From a virus: a stretch of 49,240 bases of DNA. Both the position numbers and the translations under genes were made by a program. A model generated the notes under the pieces. It saw only the letters and a list, made by a program, of their open reading frames with translations. It ran no database searches and was not told where the DNA came from. The stretch spans positions 1 through 49,240 of IMG/VR virus record IMGVR_UViG_3300030613_000002. One strand, given 5' to 3'. Positions 15,911 through 22,838 of this stretch are shown here, piece by piece; within the stretch, counting starts at the first letter, position 1; every line of letters begins with the position of its first letter.

Positions 15911-15935
15911 GCTTTCACTCTCCCTTTGCCGCCGG
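15911..15935 (-). repeat. Type-1 intercistronic element (short copy)
   Basis: Sense strand reads GGCGGCAAAGGGAGAGTGAAAGC-ATG. The 19-nt core TCACTCTCCCTTTGCCGCC is shared with 16443..16461 and 16774..16792. Confidence 0.8.
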
Positions 15936-16172
15936 TTAGTGCCAAACCTGTCGCAGCCAACAATCGTGTGCTATGATGATGTGGTTGTCTCCATCACGGT
16001 TAACCAGTGGTAGCCACTGACATGGTTCCTCCAGGATACGATACATGCGATCTCCCAGTTGCTGTAGGATGGTTCCGTTCCTGCGGCAGGCTATCCTGAC
16101 GCGTTCACCTATGATACATTCGCGGCCCGTCTCCGGATCGCCTCCGAACAAGTCAAAGTCTTTTGCTGCCAT
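15936..16172 (-). CDS. hypothetical protein
   Basis: ATG at 16172, directly after the 49-bp repeat plus SD. 78 aa. The longer track ORF merely translates the repeat. Confidence 0.55.
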   Translation of the reverse strand: MAAKDFDLFGGDPETGRECIIGERVRIACRRNGTILQQLGDRMYRILEEPCQWLPLVNRDGDNHIIIAHDCWLRQVWH

Positions 16173-16175
16173 GTT

Positions 16176-16224
16176 ACTCTCCCTTTGCCGCCCGCTTGCG
16201 CCCCCGGCCCCGCCCGTAGGTTGG
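16176..16224 (-). repeat. Type-1 intercistronic element, 49-bp perfect repeat, copy A
   Basis: Identical to 16776..16824. Runs from the stop of the upstream gene to within a few nt of the next ATG. Sense strand: CCAACCTACGGGCGGGGCCGGGGGCGCAAGCGGGCGGCAAAGGGAGAGT. Confidence 0.9.
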
Positions 16225-16437
16225 CTAATAATCTGGCCAAATGGTGAGTATAAGTTCACGCGCGCTTTCAATCGAATGGCCCCAGCATATCAACTGTCCC
16301 TTGATCTGGGTGTGGTCGGTAACGCCTAAATCTAGGGCAACTTGGCGTACGAGCCGTTTCTGGATTTCACGGTCGGGGCGGTCGCGCCCCGAAACGATCA
16401 ATCGAGCAACTTTCTTGATGTTGGCATTATATGCCAT
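16225..16437 (-). CDS. hypothetical protein
   Basis: ATG at 16437, preceded by AAAGGGAGAGTGAAGAGA. 70 aa. Confidence 0.55.
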   Translation of the reverse strand: MAYNANIKKVARLIVSGRDRPDREIQKRLVRQVALDLGVTDHTQIKGQLICWGHSIESARELILTIWPDY

Positions 16438-16442
16438 TCTCT

Positions 16443-16769
16443 TCACTCTCCCTTTGCCGCCCGCCTTACCTCGGCCACTTCACCGTAAAGAGGGTCGTTG
16501 GGATAGAAACATGCGTGGCTTGCTTGCCACCGTTCCGCCAGGTTGTGGTTGTTGATCAGTTCCGCTCGCACCAGTGCAGGGAGTTCTAGGACCATAGCCT
16601 CGCAGTCTCGCCTGACCACCATGCCCGCGTCCCACAGTTCCAGCAGAGAATCGAAGGCGGCTTTGTTGTTATAGAAGAGATGGTGATTCAATGGGATGGA
16701 GCCGGAATAGATTGGGCCGCTTTGGATGTACTGGTTAACGAAGAACTGGTAGATTTCCTCTTTGGTCAT
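16443..16769 (-). CDS. hypothetical protein
   Basis: ATG at 16769 after 49-bp repeat copy B. 108 aa. Its last codons (AAKGE) are themselves a type-1 core that supplies the next gene's SD. Confidence 0.55.
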   Translation of the reverse strand: MTKEEIYQFFVNQYIQSGPIYSGSIPLNHHLFYNNKAAFDSLLELWDAGMVVRRDCEAMVLELPALVRAELINNHNLAERWQASHACFYPNDPLYGEVAEVRRAAKGE

Positions 16770-16775
16770 GTTTTC

Positions 16776-16824
16776 ACTCTCCCTTTGCCGCCCGCTTGCG
16801 CCCCCGGCCCCGCCCGTAGGTTGG
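16776..16824 (-). repeat. Type-1 intercistronic element, 49-bp perfect repeat, copy B
   Basis: Identical to 16176..16224, exactly 600 bp away. Confidence 0.9.
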
Positions 16825-17025
16825 TTATATCTCAATTTGTTCGCCCAATATCCGTATCGCCAACATCAAGGCGCCATCCTCCTCAAGGAACTCTCTCCGA
16901 ATTGCGAGATCAGTGTCGGTGGGAGGATTGGATTGACGGGCGAAACGGACCCGTTCATGCATGGCTTGTCGTTTCCGCCGCCGCGCCAATGTGGCGATAG
17001 CCTGTTCATACCGTTCGTTAGTCAT
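16825..17025 (-). CDS. hypothetical protein
   Basis: ATG at 17025, preceded by AAGGAGAGTGAACGGG. 66 aa. A GTG alternative exists at 17034. Confidence 0.5.
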   Translation of the reverse strand: MTNERYEQAIATLARRRKRQAMHERVRFARQSNPPTDTDLAIRREFLEEDGALMLAIRILGEQIEI

Positions 17026-17141
17026 CCCGTTCACTCTCCTTGTTTCCGATTGCCGGGTCTAGGCCCGGGGGCTGCCCTCCGGGTAGAGGGCAGGGACCCG
17101 GGGCTAGGCTAGGCCGATGAATGCCCAGGTATCAGCCTACG
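17026..17141 (-). repeat. Type-2 intercistronic element (double hairpin)
   Basis: CCGGG (17053..17057) pairs with CCCGG (17064..17068). CTGCCCT (17072..17078) pairs with AGGGCAG (17087..17093), flanked by CCCGGG palindromes at 17064 and 17097. Confidence 0.75.
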
Positions 17142-17363
17142 TCAGTATCCGAGAAATCGCCGATATGCGCCGCGGCCGCCGCGAGCCGCGCGAATTTCGG
17201 CCTGCATGTCCTCCACATCTGGGCCTACGTCTGCCTCCTCATACCCAATGTTCGGGCCGTCCGCTGCTGGGCCAGTATCTGGGCCAGTATCTGGGCACTC
17301 CTGCCGTCGCCGAATGCCCTCCTGTAGCTCTCGCGCCGTGTCTCGTCCAAAGTTTATCCGCAT
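17142..17363 (-). CDS. hypothetical acidic protein with a PDTGPDTGP duplication
   Basis: AGGAGATGGTAACGA precedes the ATG. Contains a 12-bp tandem repeat, GGGCCAGTATCT x2, at 17269..17292. Confidence 0.5.
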   Translation of the reverse strand: MRINFGRDTARELQEGIRRRQECPDTGPDTGPAADGPNIGYEEADVGPDVEDMQAEIRAARGGRGAYRRFLGY

Positions 17364-17398
17364 TCGTTACCATCTCCTGCGATTCGATTGCCGGGGTT
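17364..17398 (-). repeat. Type-2 intercistronic element (single hairpin)
   Basis: CCGGG (17391..17395) pairs with CCCGG (17404..17408). The upstream gene's TAG stop lies in the loop. Confidence 0.7.
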
Positions 17399-17578
17399 CT
17401 AGGCCCGGGGTTTCGAGAGAACGCCGAGATACGTGAAAATCTGCTGCCGAATTGCCCGGAGCTGGTTCAAACCCAGGTCGTTCAATGCCTCTGGGCAGTC
17501 AAACCGTACGCGCGGGTCACGCCGGGCTAGTTTACGCAACTGCCGCCGAATAGCGATTCGTTTCAAGGTTGCCGCCAT
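17399..17578 (-). CDS. hypothetical basic protein
   Basis: ATG at 17578 after AAGGGAGACGAAAAGACA. 59 aa (MAATLKRIAIRRQLRKLARRD...). The 235-aa track ORF is an upstream read-through of non-coding sequence. Confidence 0.5.
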   Translation of the reverse strand: MAATLKRIAIRRQLRKLARRDPRVRFDCPEALNDLGLNQLRAIRQQIFTYLGVLSKPRA

Positions 17579-17660
17579 TGTCTTTTCGTCTCCCTTGTTA
17601 GTTTGCCGGGGGTCTAATCCCGGGGGCTGGGCAGCCTTGCAACTGCCCAGGGACCCGAGG
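17579..17660 (-). repeat. Type-2 intercistronic element (double hairpin)
   Basis: CCGGG (17606..17610) pairs with CCCGG (17619..17623). CTGGGCAG (17627..17634) pairs with CTGCCCAG (17643..17650). Flanks are conserved with the 17026..17141 copy while the stem interior differs but stays complementary. Confidence 0.75.
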
Positions 17661-17810
17661 CTAGTAGATACATACGACCTCGACGGCGAACATCCGTTCG
17701 ACCTTGCGCTGGGCATGCAACTTGCTCGTGGCGTCAACCCAGAACTGGCCGTAGTGCCAGAGGCGTTCGATAGTCCATACCCGCCAGCAAACTGTATATC
17801 GGTGCACCAT
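17661..17810 (-). CDS. 49-aa Trp-rich protein (below the ORF-track cutoff)
   Basis: AGGAG lies 10 nt upstream of the ATG at 17810. Encodes MVHRYTVCWRVWTIERLWHYGQFWVDATSKLHAQRKVERMFAVEVVCIY. Confidence 0.45.
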   Translation of the reverse strand: MVHRYTVCWRVWTIERLWHYGQFWVDATSKLHAQRKVERMFAVEVVCIY

Positions 17811-17866
17811 TTCTTCTCATCTCCTGTTTCGTGTCTGCCGGGGCTAGGCCCCGTATGGTAACCAGT
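17811..17866 (-). repeat. Type-2-like 5' UTR hairpin
   Basis: CGGGGC (17839..17844) and GCCCCG (17848..17853) with a TAG loop, between the promoter and the first SD. Confidence 0.6.
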
Positions 17867-17895
17867 ACTATACCGCCAGTCGCAATGCCTGTCAA
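17867..17895 (-). promoter_or_regulatory. near-consensus sigma70-like promoter of the leftward early block
   Basis: Minus strand reads cgcTTGACA (17895..17890), a 17-nt spacer, TATAGT (17872..17867). Confidence 0.7.
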
Positions 17896-17967
17896 GCGCC
17901 AGTTTCTTGACATAACAATCTGCCACCAAACCCACGAAACCCGCTGGCAGTGCGACCCCGTGCCCTC

Positions 17968-17990
17968 CCCAACTTGACATAATAGTTGGG
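17968..17990. promoter_or_regulatory. inverted repeat CCCAACT-N9-AGTTGGG overlapping a TTGACA hexamer (possible operator)
   Basis: CCCAACT (17968..17974) and AGTTGGG (17984..17990). CTTGACATAA also occurs at 17906..17915. Confidence 0.35.
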
Positions 17991-18112
17991 CAACTCCAAA
18001 ACCCGTTTGATACACGTTTGCAGAAACCGACCCCTCCAGCGCATCCCGAAATACCACTGATCCCTACAATCCCCTTCCGCCGCACGCCACGATCGCCGCC
18101 GGCCACGCTCTA

Positions 18113-18136
18113 CCCCTAGGGGAGGGTAGGGAGGGG
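18113..18136 (+). other. 10-bp palindrome fused to a canonical G-quadruplex motif
   Basis: CCCCTAGGGG (18113..18122), then GGGG-A-GGG-TA-GGG-A-GGGG (18119..18136). Confidence 0.6.
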
Positions 18137-18671
18137 TAACGGGTCCCTCCAGTCATGTACCTAACGTCAGTGCATATACCGAGAGAAGCCTGGGTTCATT
18201 CCCCCCCTAACCAAGAGAAGTACTCGGGGGGTATATGAAGAGCCTTGTAGTGGTACACATTAAGGGTATGGGAAGTAAGGGTGAAGAGGGGATAGAGGGG
18301 TGTAGTACCGCGTGCCATTGAACATGCGCACTAGGGCACTACAACTGCGTCTGGTGGAACCCTAGGGGTGGATGTGAAGGGATGGAACTATGGACTGTAA
18401 CGTGCCACCATCGGCGGACTGGAGGGAGTCCTAGGTTGGGCAGGATGCACAGAATCTTGTCAGCAAAGTGCACAGGTGGGGAGATCGGGGCGTGGAGGGG
18501 GAGCCACCAGGGGGGTATGGATGGCTTGCGGTATATCGGGTTTACGTAACCTGTCGCGCAGCCGGGGGAAGGCAGGGCAGGCCTCCACCCCCCTTGCGGC
18601 AAACGGTTGTTCGCTAGAGTAAGACGAGGTGGTCAGATGCTGCGTTCGCGTGCGGGAGCCGTATGAATGGG

Positions 18672-19577
18672 TCAGATAACCCGAGAAGTAAATTGAGGTG
18701 CCACAGTGAAGTGCCAGACCCACCGACCTCTTTCCGTTGTGGTCTTACCATGACACTGCACACAAAGGGTAACGAGATTTTCAGGGCGATTATCCTTCTT
18801 GTGATAGTTGATGTGGTGGACGGAATGCGCCCTGCCGTTCTGCGTAAATCCACATATCTGGCAAGTATAGTTATCCCGACGCCGAATCTGTTCCCTCAAA
18901 CTATCATCGAACTCCAGGCCATAAGGCTCAAAGGAGATACCGCCCATCCAGGTCGGATTATTGCCTCCACGAGAACCTTTGGACTGGCACTGCTTCGAGC
19001 AAAACCGTTGTGGGCGTTTAGGGCGGGTTCTGAAGCCGGTTCCACAAAAATCACAGTTCACCAAGACCCGTGTGTCTCGATGGGCGCCGCAGCAAGCCGC
19101 AGAACAAAACCGACCGTGTCCACGCTTCAGAAAGGATGGTTCGACCCTGAATCTTCTGCCACAATGTTCACATGTTGTCTCGACTTGTCCGTCCTGTCTG
19201 GGACGTTTCGGCGGCGAATAGGAGGTGCGACAGTAATCCGAACAGAACCGTTGGCTACTAGGCGTCGAGGTCTTGAACGTGATTCCGCAGGCGAGGCAGG
19301 TTTGCTCCTTTACGGGGCGTGTCCACCCAAACATCCAAGCGCAATCGTGTGAGCAGAACCGCCCACCTCCCCTTTTCACTTCAAACGGTCTGGTCTCGAA
19401 CTCCTTGCCGCAGGATTCGCAGATTCGTTTAGAGCGGTGTCTGGGGGGCCTGGGAGATTGACGCCCCCAGTGCCTGCCGGAACAGATCAGGGAACAGAAC
19501 CAACCTCCTCCTCGCCGATTAGCCCTGGGGGAAGGAGTAAAGGACTCGGCGCACTCCTGGCAGATTTCTTCTGGCAT
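18672..19577 (-). CDS. HNH endonuclease with five zinc-ribbon repeats
   Basis: Five CxxC...FCSxxC units followed by CQICG...VHHINY...NLVTLCVQCH. AGGAGAATGAG precedes the ATG. Confidence 0.85.
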   Translation of the reverse strand: MPEEICQECAESFTPSPRANRRGGGWFCSLICSGRHWGRQSPRPPRHRSKRICESCGKEFETRPFEVKRGGGRFCSHDCAWMFGWTRPVKEQTCLACGITFKTSTPSSQRFCSDYCRTSYSPPKRPRQDGQVETTCEHCGRRFRVEPSFLKRGHGRFCSAACCGAHRDTRVLVNCDFCGTGFRTRPKRPQRFCSKQCQSKGSRGGNNPTWMGGISFEPYGLEFDDSLREQIRRRDNYTCQICGFTQNGRAHSVHHINYHKKDNRPENLVTLCVQCHGKTTTERGRWVWHFTVAPQFTSRVI

Positions 19578-19696
19578 CTCATTCTCCTGGATAGAATGTG
19601 GGGCTAGGGTTGGACGATCCAGGCATCCTTCCCATTGCCCGAAGTCATTCTAGGTTACTCGCGAGGGATTGTCAAGTCTTGTATGAGGCGACGGCA

Positions 19697-19705
19697 TGAT
19701 ATACT
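19697..19705 (+). promoter_or_regulatory. candidate extended -10 promoter (TGATATACT) ahead of the terminase genes
   Basis: TG at 19697..19698 and TATACT at 19700..19705. No good -35 at standard spacing. Confidence 0.3.
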
Positions 19706-19712
19706 GGGGGGG

Positions 19713-20219
19713 ATGAGAGGAACGAGGTCAAAGACGGTAGAAGAGCAGCGGTTGGTGGCGCGGCATCCGAGGAGGCCCTACGAGGAGGGGATGGAGCGGA
19801 AGTTGACGGCTGTGCAACTGATTCTGACTGGCAGTTCGCTTGTGCAGACGGCGAAGGCGATAGGGATCAGCGAAACAGCGATACACAAATGGTTAAAGGA
19901 CGAGCGGTTCCAGGGATTACTGAAGGACGGATGGGAGAGGTTAGCGCAGGAGATATTCGGGTCGGTATTTCGGGAGGCGAAGAAGATATTAGATGACCCG
20001 GAGGCAGAGCCGAAGGTAAAGGCGATGGTGGTGAATGAGGGGCTGAGGCAGTGGGGGAACCTCGAGAGGGTGAGGATGCAGCGGATCAAGGCGCCGAGGC
20101 AGCAGATAACAGTGGGGTTTGAGGCGGCGGATGGGCGGCGGGTAGCGGTACAGGTAGGCGGGGAGACGAGGGCATTACCGGTGGGCGAGGATGACAGCGG
20201 CACCGACACTGACGATTAG
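19713..20219 (+). CDS. terS: terminase small subunit (HTH type), start uncertain
   Basis: HTH-like LVQTAKAIGISETAIHKWLKD. Immediately upstream of and overlapping terL. In-frame alternative starts at 19683 and 19791. Confidence 0.6.
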   Translation: MRGTRSKTVEEQRLVARHPRRPYEEGMERKLTAVQLILTGSSLVQTAKAIGISETAIHKWLKDERFQGLLKDGWERLAQEIFGSVFREAKKILDDPEAEPKVKAMVVNEGLRQWGNLERVRMQRIKAPRQQITVGFEAADGRRVAVQVGGETRALPVGEDDSGTDTDD

Positions 20220-21441
20220 GCACCAGGATCACCCTGGGCAGGCATTGGTAACTGCGAGTGGGGCGCGGACGCGGGTGATTGCGGCTGGGCGGCGTTGGGG
20301 GAAGACGCGGCTGGCGGTTTGCGAATTGATGCGGGAGCATGGGCGGCGGATGGCCATAAGGAGTGAGCCGCCCTTTCGGGCATGGTGTGTAGCGCCGACC
20401 TTCAGTCTGTCCTACGAGACCTGGAACCAGTTTCACGAGTTGATCCCTCCGGAGATCATGGCCTCGATCAGTAAAGAGCATCACCGAGTCGAGTTTGTGG
20501 ACGGGAGCATGGTCGAGTGGAAGAGCGCGGATGACGAGAAGCAGTTGCGGGGCGCGGGGCTTGACTTTCTGGTAGTGGACGAGGCGGCGCGGGTATCGAG
20601 GGATGCTTGGGTGGCGATGAGGCCGGCGGTGATGGACAGGGAGGGGCGGATACTCCTGATCTCCACGCCGAAGGGGATGAACTGGTTCTACGACCAATGG
20701 GTGAAGGGAAACGACAGGGCGAATGTCCGGATGCAGACTCACGAGAGTTGGCAATCGGCTTCGAGCATCAATCCTTATCTGAACCGAATTGAGTTGGATG
20801 AGGTGGTCAAGGAACTCGATGACAAATCCACACAGCAGGAGATCGCGGCGATGTTCATGGAGGACATGGGGCAGGTGTTCAGGGGTATAATGGCATGTGC
20901 GGATGGGAAACTGATGCCGCCGGCGATGGGGCAATGCGTGCTGGGGCTGGACATAGCCAAGAGCAACGACTTCACGGTGTGCTGCGTGGTGGACATTCCG
21001 AAACGAAGTGTGGTGGCCTTCGACCGATTCGGGCGTGTGCCCTGGCCGAGCATGGTGACCAGGGTGGCGAACCTGGCGCGGAAGTATAATGCCCTCATCG
21101 AAGCCGACGCTACTGGGTTGGGGGAGCCGATAGTCGAGCAGATTCGGGCGCAGTGGCCGAGGATACGAGGGCATGTATTCACCAACCAAAACAAGGCGGA
21201 ATATGTCACCAACCTATCTCTTTTGATGGAGCAGGAGCAGATTCACTTCCCCCCGATAGCGGAGCTTCTGACGGAACTCAAGGATTACGGGAGCGAGACC
21301 TTGCCGGGGGGAGGCATCGCATACCATGCGCCGGAGGGGAAAACGGACGACTGTGTGGTGGCCCTGATGCTGGCGGCTGGGGCGATCCGAAAGCCCGGCA
21401 GAAGGGCGATCACGATGAGCAAAACACGGAGGCTGGCATGA
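20191..21441 (+). CDS. terL: terminase large subunit
   Basis: Walker A AAGRRWGKT, Walker B FLVVDEAARV, LISTPKGMNWFY, and nuclease-domain acidic motifs (LGLDIAKSNDFTV, TDDCVVAL). Confidence 0.88.
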   Translation: MTAAPTLTIRHQDHPGQALVTASGARTRVIAAGRRWGKTRLAVCELMREHGRRMAIRSEPPFRAWCVAPTFSLSYETWNQFHELIPPEIMASISKEHHRVEFVDGSMVEWKSADDEKQLRGAGLDFLVVDEAARVSRDAWVAMRPAVMDREGRILLISTPKGMNWFYDQWVKGNDRANVRMQTHESWQSASSINPYLNRIELDEVVKELDDKSTQQEIAAMFMEDMGQVFRGIMACADGKLMPPAMGQCVLGLDIAKSNDFTVCCVVDIPKRSVVAFDRFGRVPWPSMVTRVANLARKYNALIEADATGLGEPIVEQIRAQWPRIRGHVFTNQNKAEYVTNLSLLMEQEQIHFPPIAELLTELKDYGSETLPGGGIAYHAPEGKTDDCVVALMLAAGAIRKPGRRAITMSKTRRLA

Positions 21442-22838
21442 AACTGAAGTTTTGGCGGAAGAAGCAGGCAGAAACACTTTCGCCTGCGGCACAGCGGACG
21501 AGGCACATCTGGGAGACACCCGGCCAACTCACGACCTTGTCCAGCATTGCCCAGGCGCCACGAGTTGATTTTGCCCTGTACGACGCCCTACGGGAAGGCA
21601 TACCGTTGATAGACGCCGCGATCAGCCATCTGGTCAGGCTGGTGGGGACCCCGAAGATCGTGGGCGACAAGAAGGTGGTGGATCACCTCAACCAGTTCTT
21701 CTCCTCGCTTCGGGTGCTCGGTTACAACCAGGTGGGACTAGACAACTTCATGCGGCTTCACTTGGACACCCTATTGATGTATGGGAAGTCGGCGGCGGAG
21801 ATCGTGCTGACAAATGCGAGGACTGGAGTTTATGGCCTGAAGCCAATACCAGTTGAAACGGTGCTCCTGAAGCCGGCCGCTGATGGGAAGGTGGAAATCC
21901 GGCAACGTCAGGCGGATAACATGGAGGGTGTGCTGGTGCCCTCCGAACTCCTCTTCTACTCCGTCAATCGGCCCAGGGTGAAGTATCCGCATGGGAGTAG
22001 CCTGTTGGCGAGCCTGCCATTTGTGGCGGATATTTGGCTCAACATGGCGTGGAGTTTGGGGCAGACCTGGCAACGCTTCGGGATACCCCGGTACAATGTG
22101 AACATCGAAGAGCCGGAGGACTTCTCGTTGGGCGAGCCCGAACGTTTGGCAAGGCTGGAGGAGACTGCCGCCCAATTCACGGCGACAGCCGAAGCGCGAA
22201 GGGATATGGAGAGCATCAACGACTTTTTCTCGATGGGGAAAACAACGGTGAGCATCATCGGGGCGGAAGGCCAGAACCTCCAGTTTCAGGTTCCCCACCG
22301 GGCCTTGATGGAGCAGATGGTGATGGTGACGGGATTGCCCCCCGCCTGGTTGGGGCTGTCCTGGTCGGCGAGCGAACGATTGGGGAGCGAGCAGGCGATA
22401 CATGCCACCGACCTGATCATGGGCTGGCGAACGGAACTGGACCCCGACATGACCAATCTGGGCAACATGGAGCTGGCATTGGCGGGCATAGGTGGAACGT
22501 GGGGCCTGGAATGGGATAAGGTCAATCTGACCGACCGGACGGTCAGCGCCCAGGCGGACATGATGGAGGCGCAAGCGCAGGCCATCACCCAGAAGACCGA
22601 GATCGAGGCGTGGAGACAGGGATGGAAGACCCAGATTGAGGCAGCGCAGGCGGTCTATCACGACCTTCAGACGGTTGCGGTAGTGAAACCCATACCTGAA
22701 AGTGCATCGGCCCTGCCGTTTGGCGGAGGTGATGGAGACAATGGAAAGGCAATGCTCGAGGACTTTGCGGACGATGGTGGTGGTATAATCAAGGTGCGAT
22801 ATGGAAGACAAACTGGTCAAGACATTCGACGTTCCTGA
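21438..22838 (+). CDS. portal protein
   Basis: ATGA overlap with terL. 466 aa. Called from position and size; no specific motif was verified. Confidence 0.7.
   Translation: MKLKFWRKKQAETLSPAAQRTRHIWETPGQLTTLSSIAQAPRVDFALYDALREGIPLIDAAISHLVRLVGTPKIVGDKKVVDHLNQFFSSLRVLGYNQVGLDNFMRLHLDTLLMYGKSAAEIVLTNARTGVYGLKPIPVETVLLKPAADGKVEIRQRQADNMEGVLVPSELLFYSVNRPRVKYPHGSSLLASLPFVADIWLNMAWSLGQTWQRFGIPRYNVNIEEPEDFSLGEPERLARLEETAAQFTATAEARRDMESINDFFSMGKTTVSIIGAEGQNLQFQVPHRALMEQMVMVTGLPPAWLGLSWSASERLGSEQAIHATDLIMGWRTELDPDMTNLGNMELALAGIGGTWGLEWDKVNLTDRTVSAQADMMEAQAQAITQKTEIEAWRQGWKTQIEAAQAVYHDLQTVAVVKPIPESASALPFGGGDGDNGKAMLEDFADDGGGIIKVRYGRQTGQDIRRS

Noticed and set aside
12921-17895. Integron-like arrangement (tyrosine recombinase plus an array of small cassettes separated by hairpins)
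   Set aside because: The recombinase is co-oriented with and downstream of the small genes rather than divergent from an attI/Pc. It has a phage-integrase-type context with an adjacent xis. The hairpins lack the R''-L''/L'-R' architecture of attC sites as far as I can see.
17907-17979. Plus-strand promoters at the two CTTGACATAA boxes
   Set aside because: The TTGACA hexamers are perfect, but no acceptable -10 lies 16-19 nt downstream (ACCCAC and CAAAAC). They are kept only as possible operator or protein-binding boxes.
17399-18106. 235-aa minus-strand ORF spanning the promoter and intercistronic elements
   Set aside because: Only its last 59 codons (from the ATG at 17578, which has an SD) look like a gene. 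The rest reads through hairpin repeats, the 17810 gene in another frame, and the promoter itself.
17896-18671. tRNA or tRNA-fragment (attP core) in the large non-coding region
   Set aside because: The only T-loop-like string (GGGTTCATTCCCCC at about 18194) cannot form a 5-bp T-stem. The GGTAGAGCG on the minus strand lacks the remaining cloverleaf arms. A tRNAscan/ARAGORN run would be needed for certainty.
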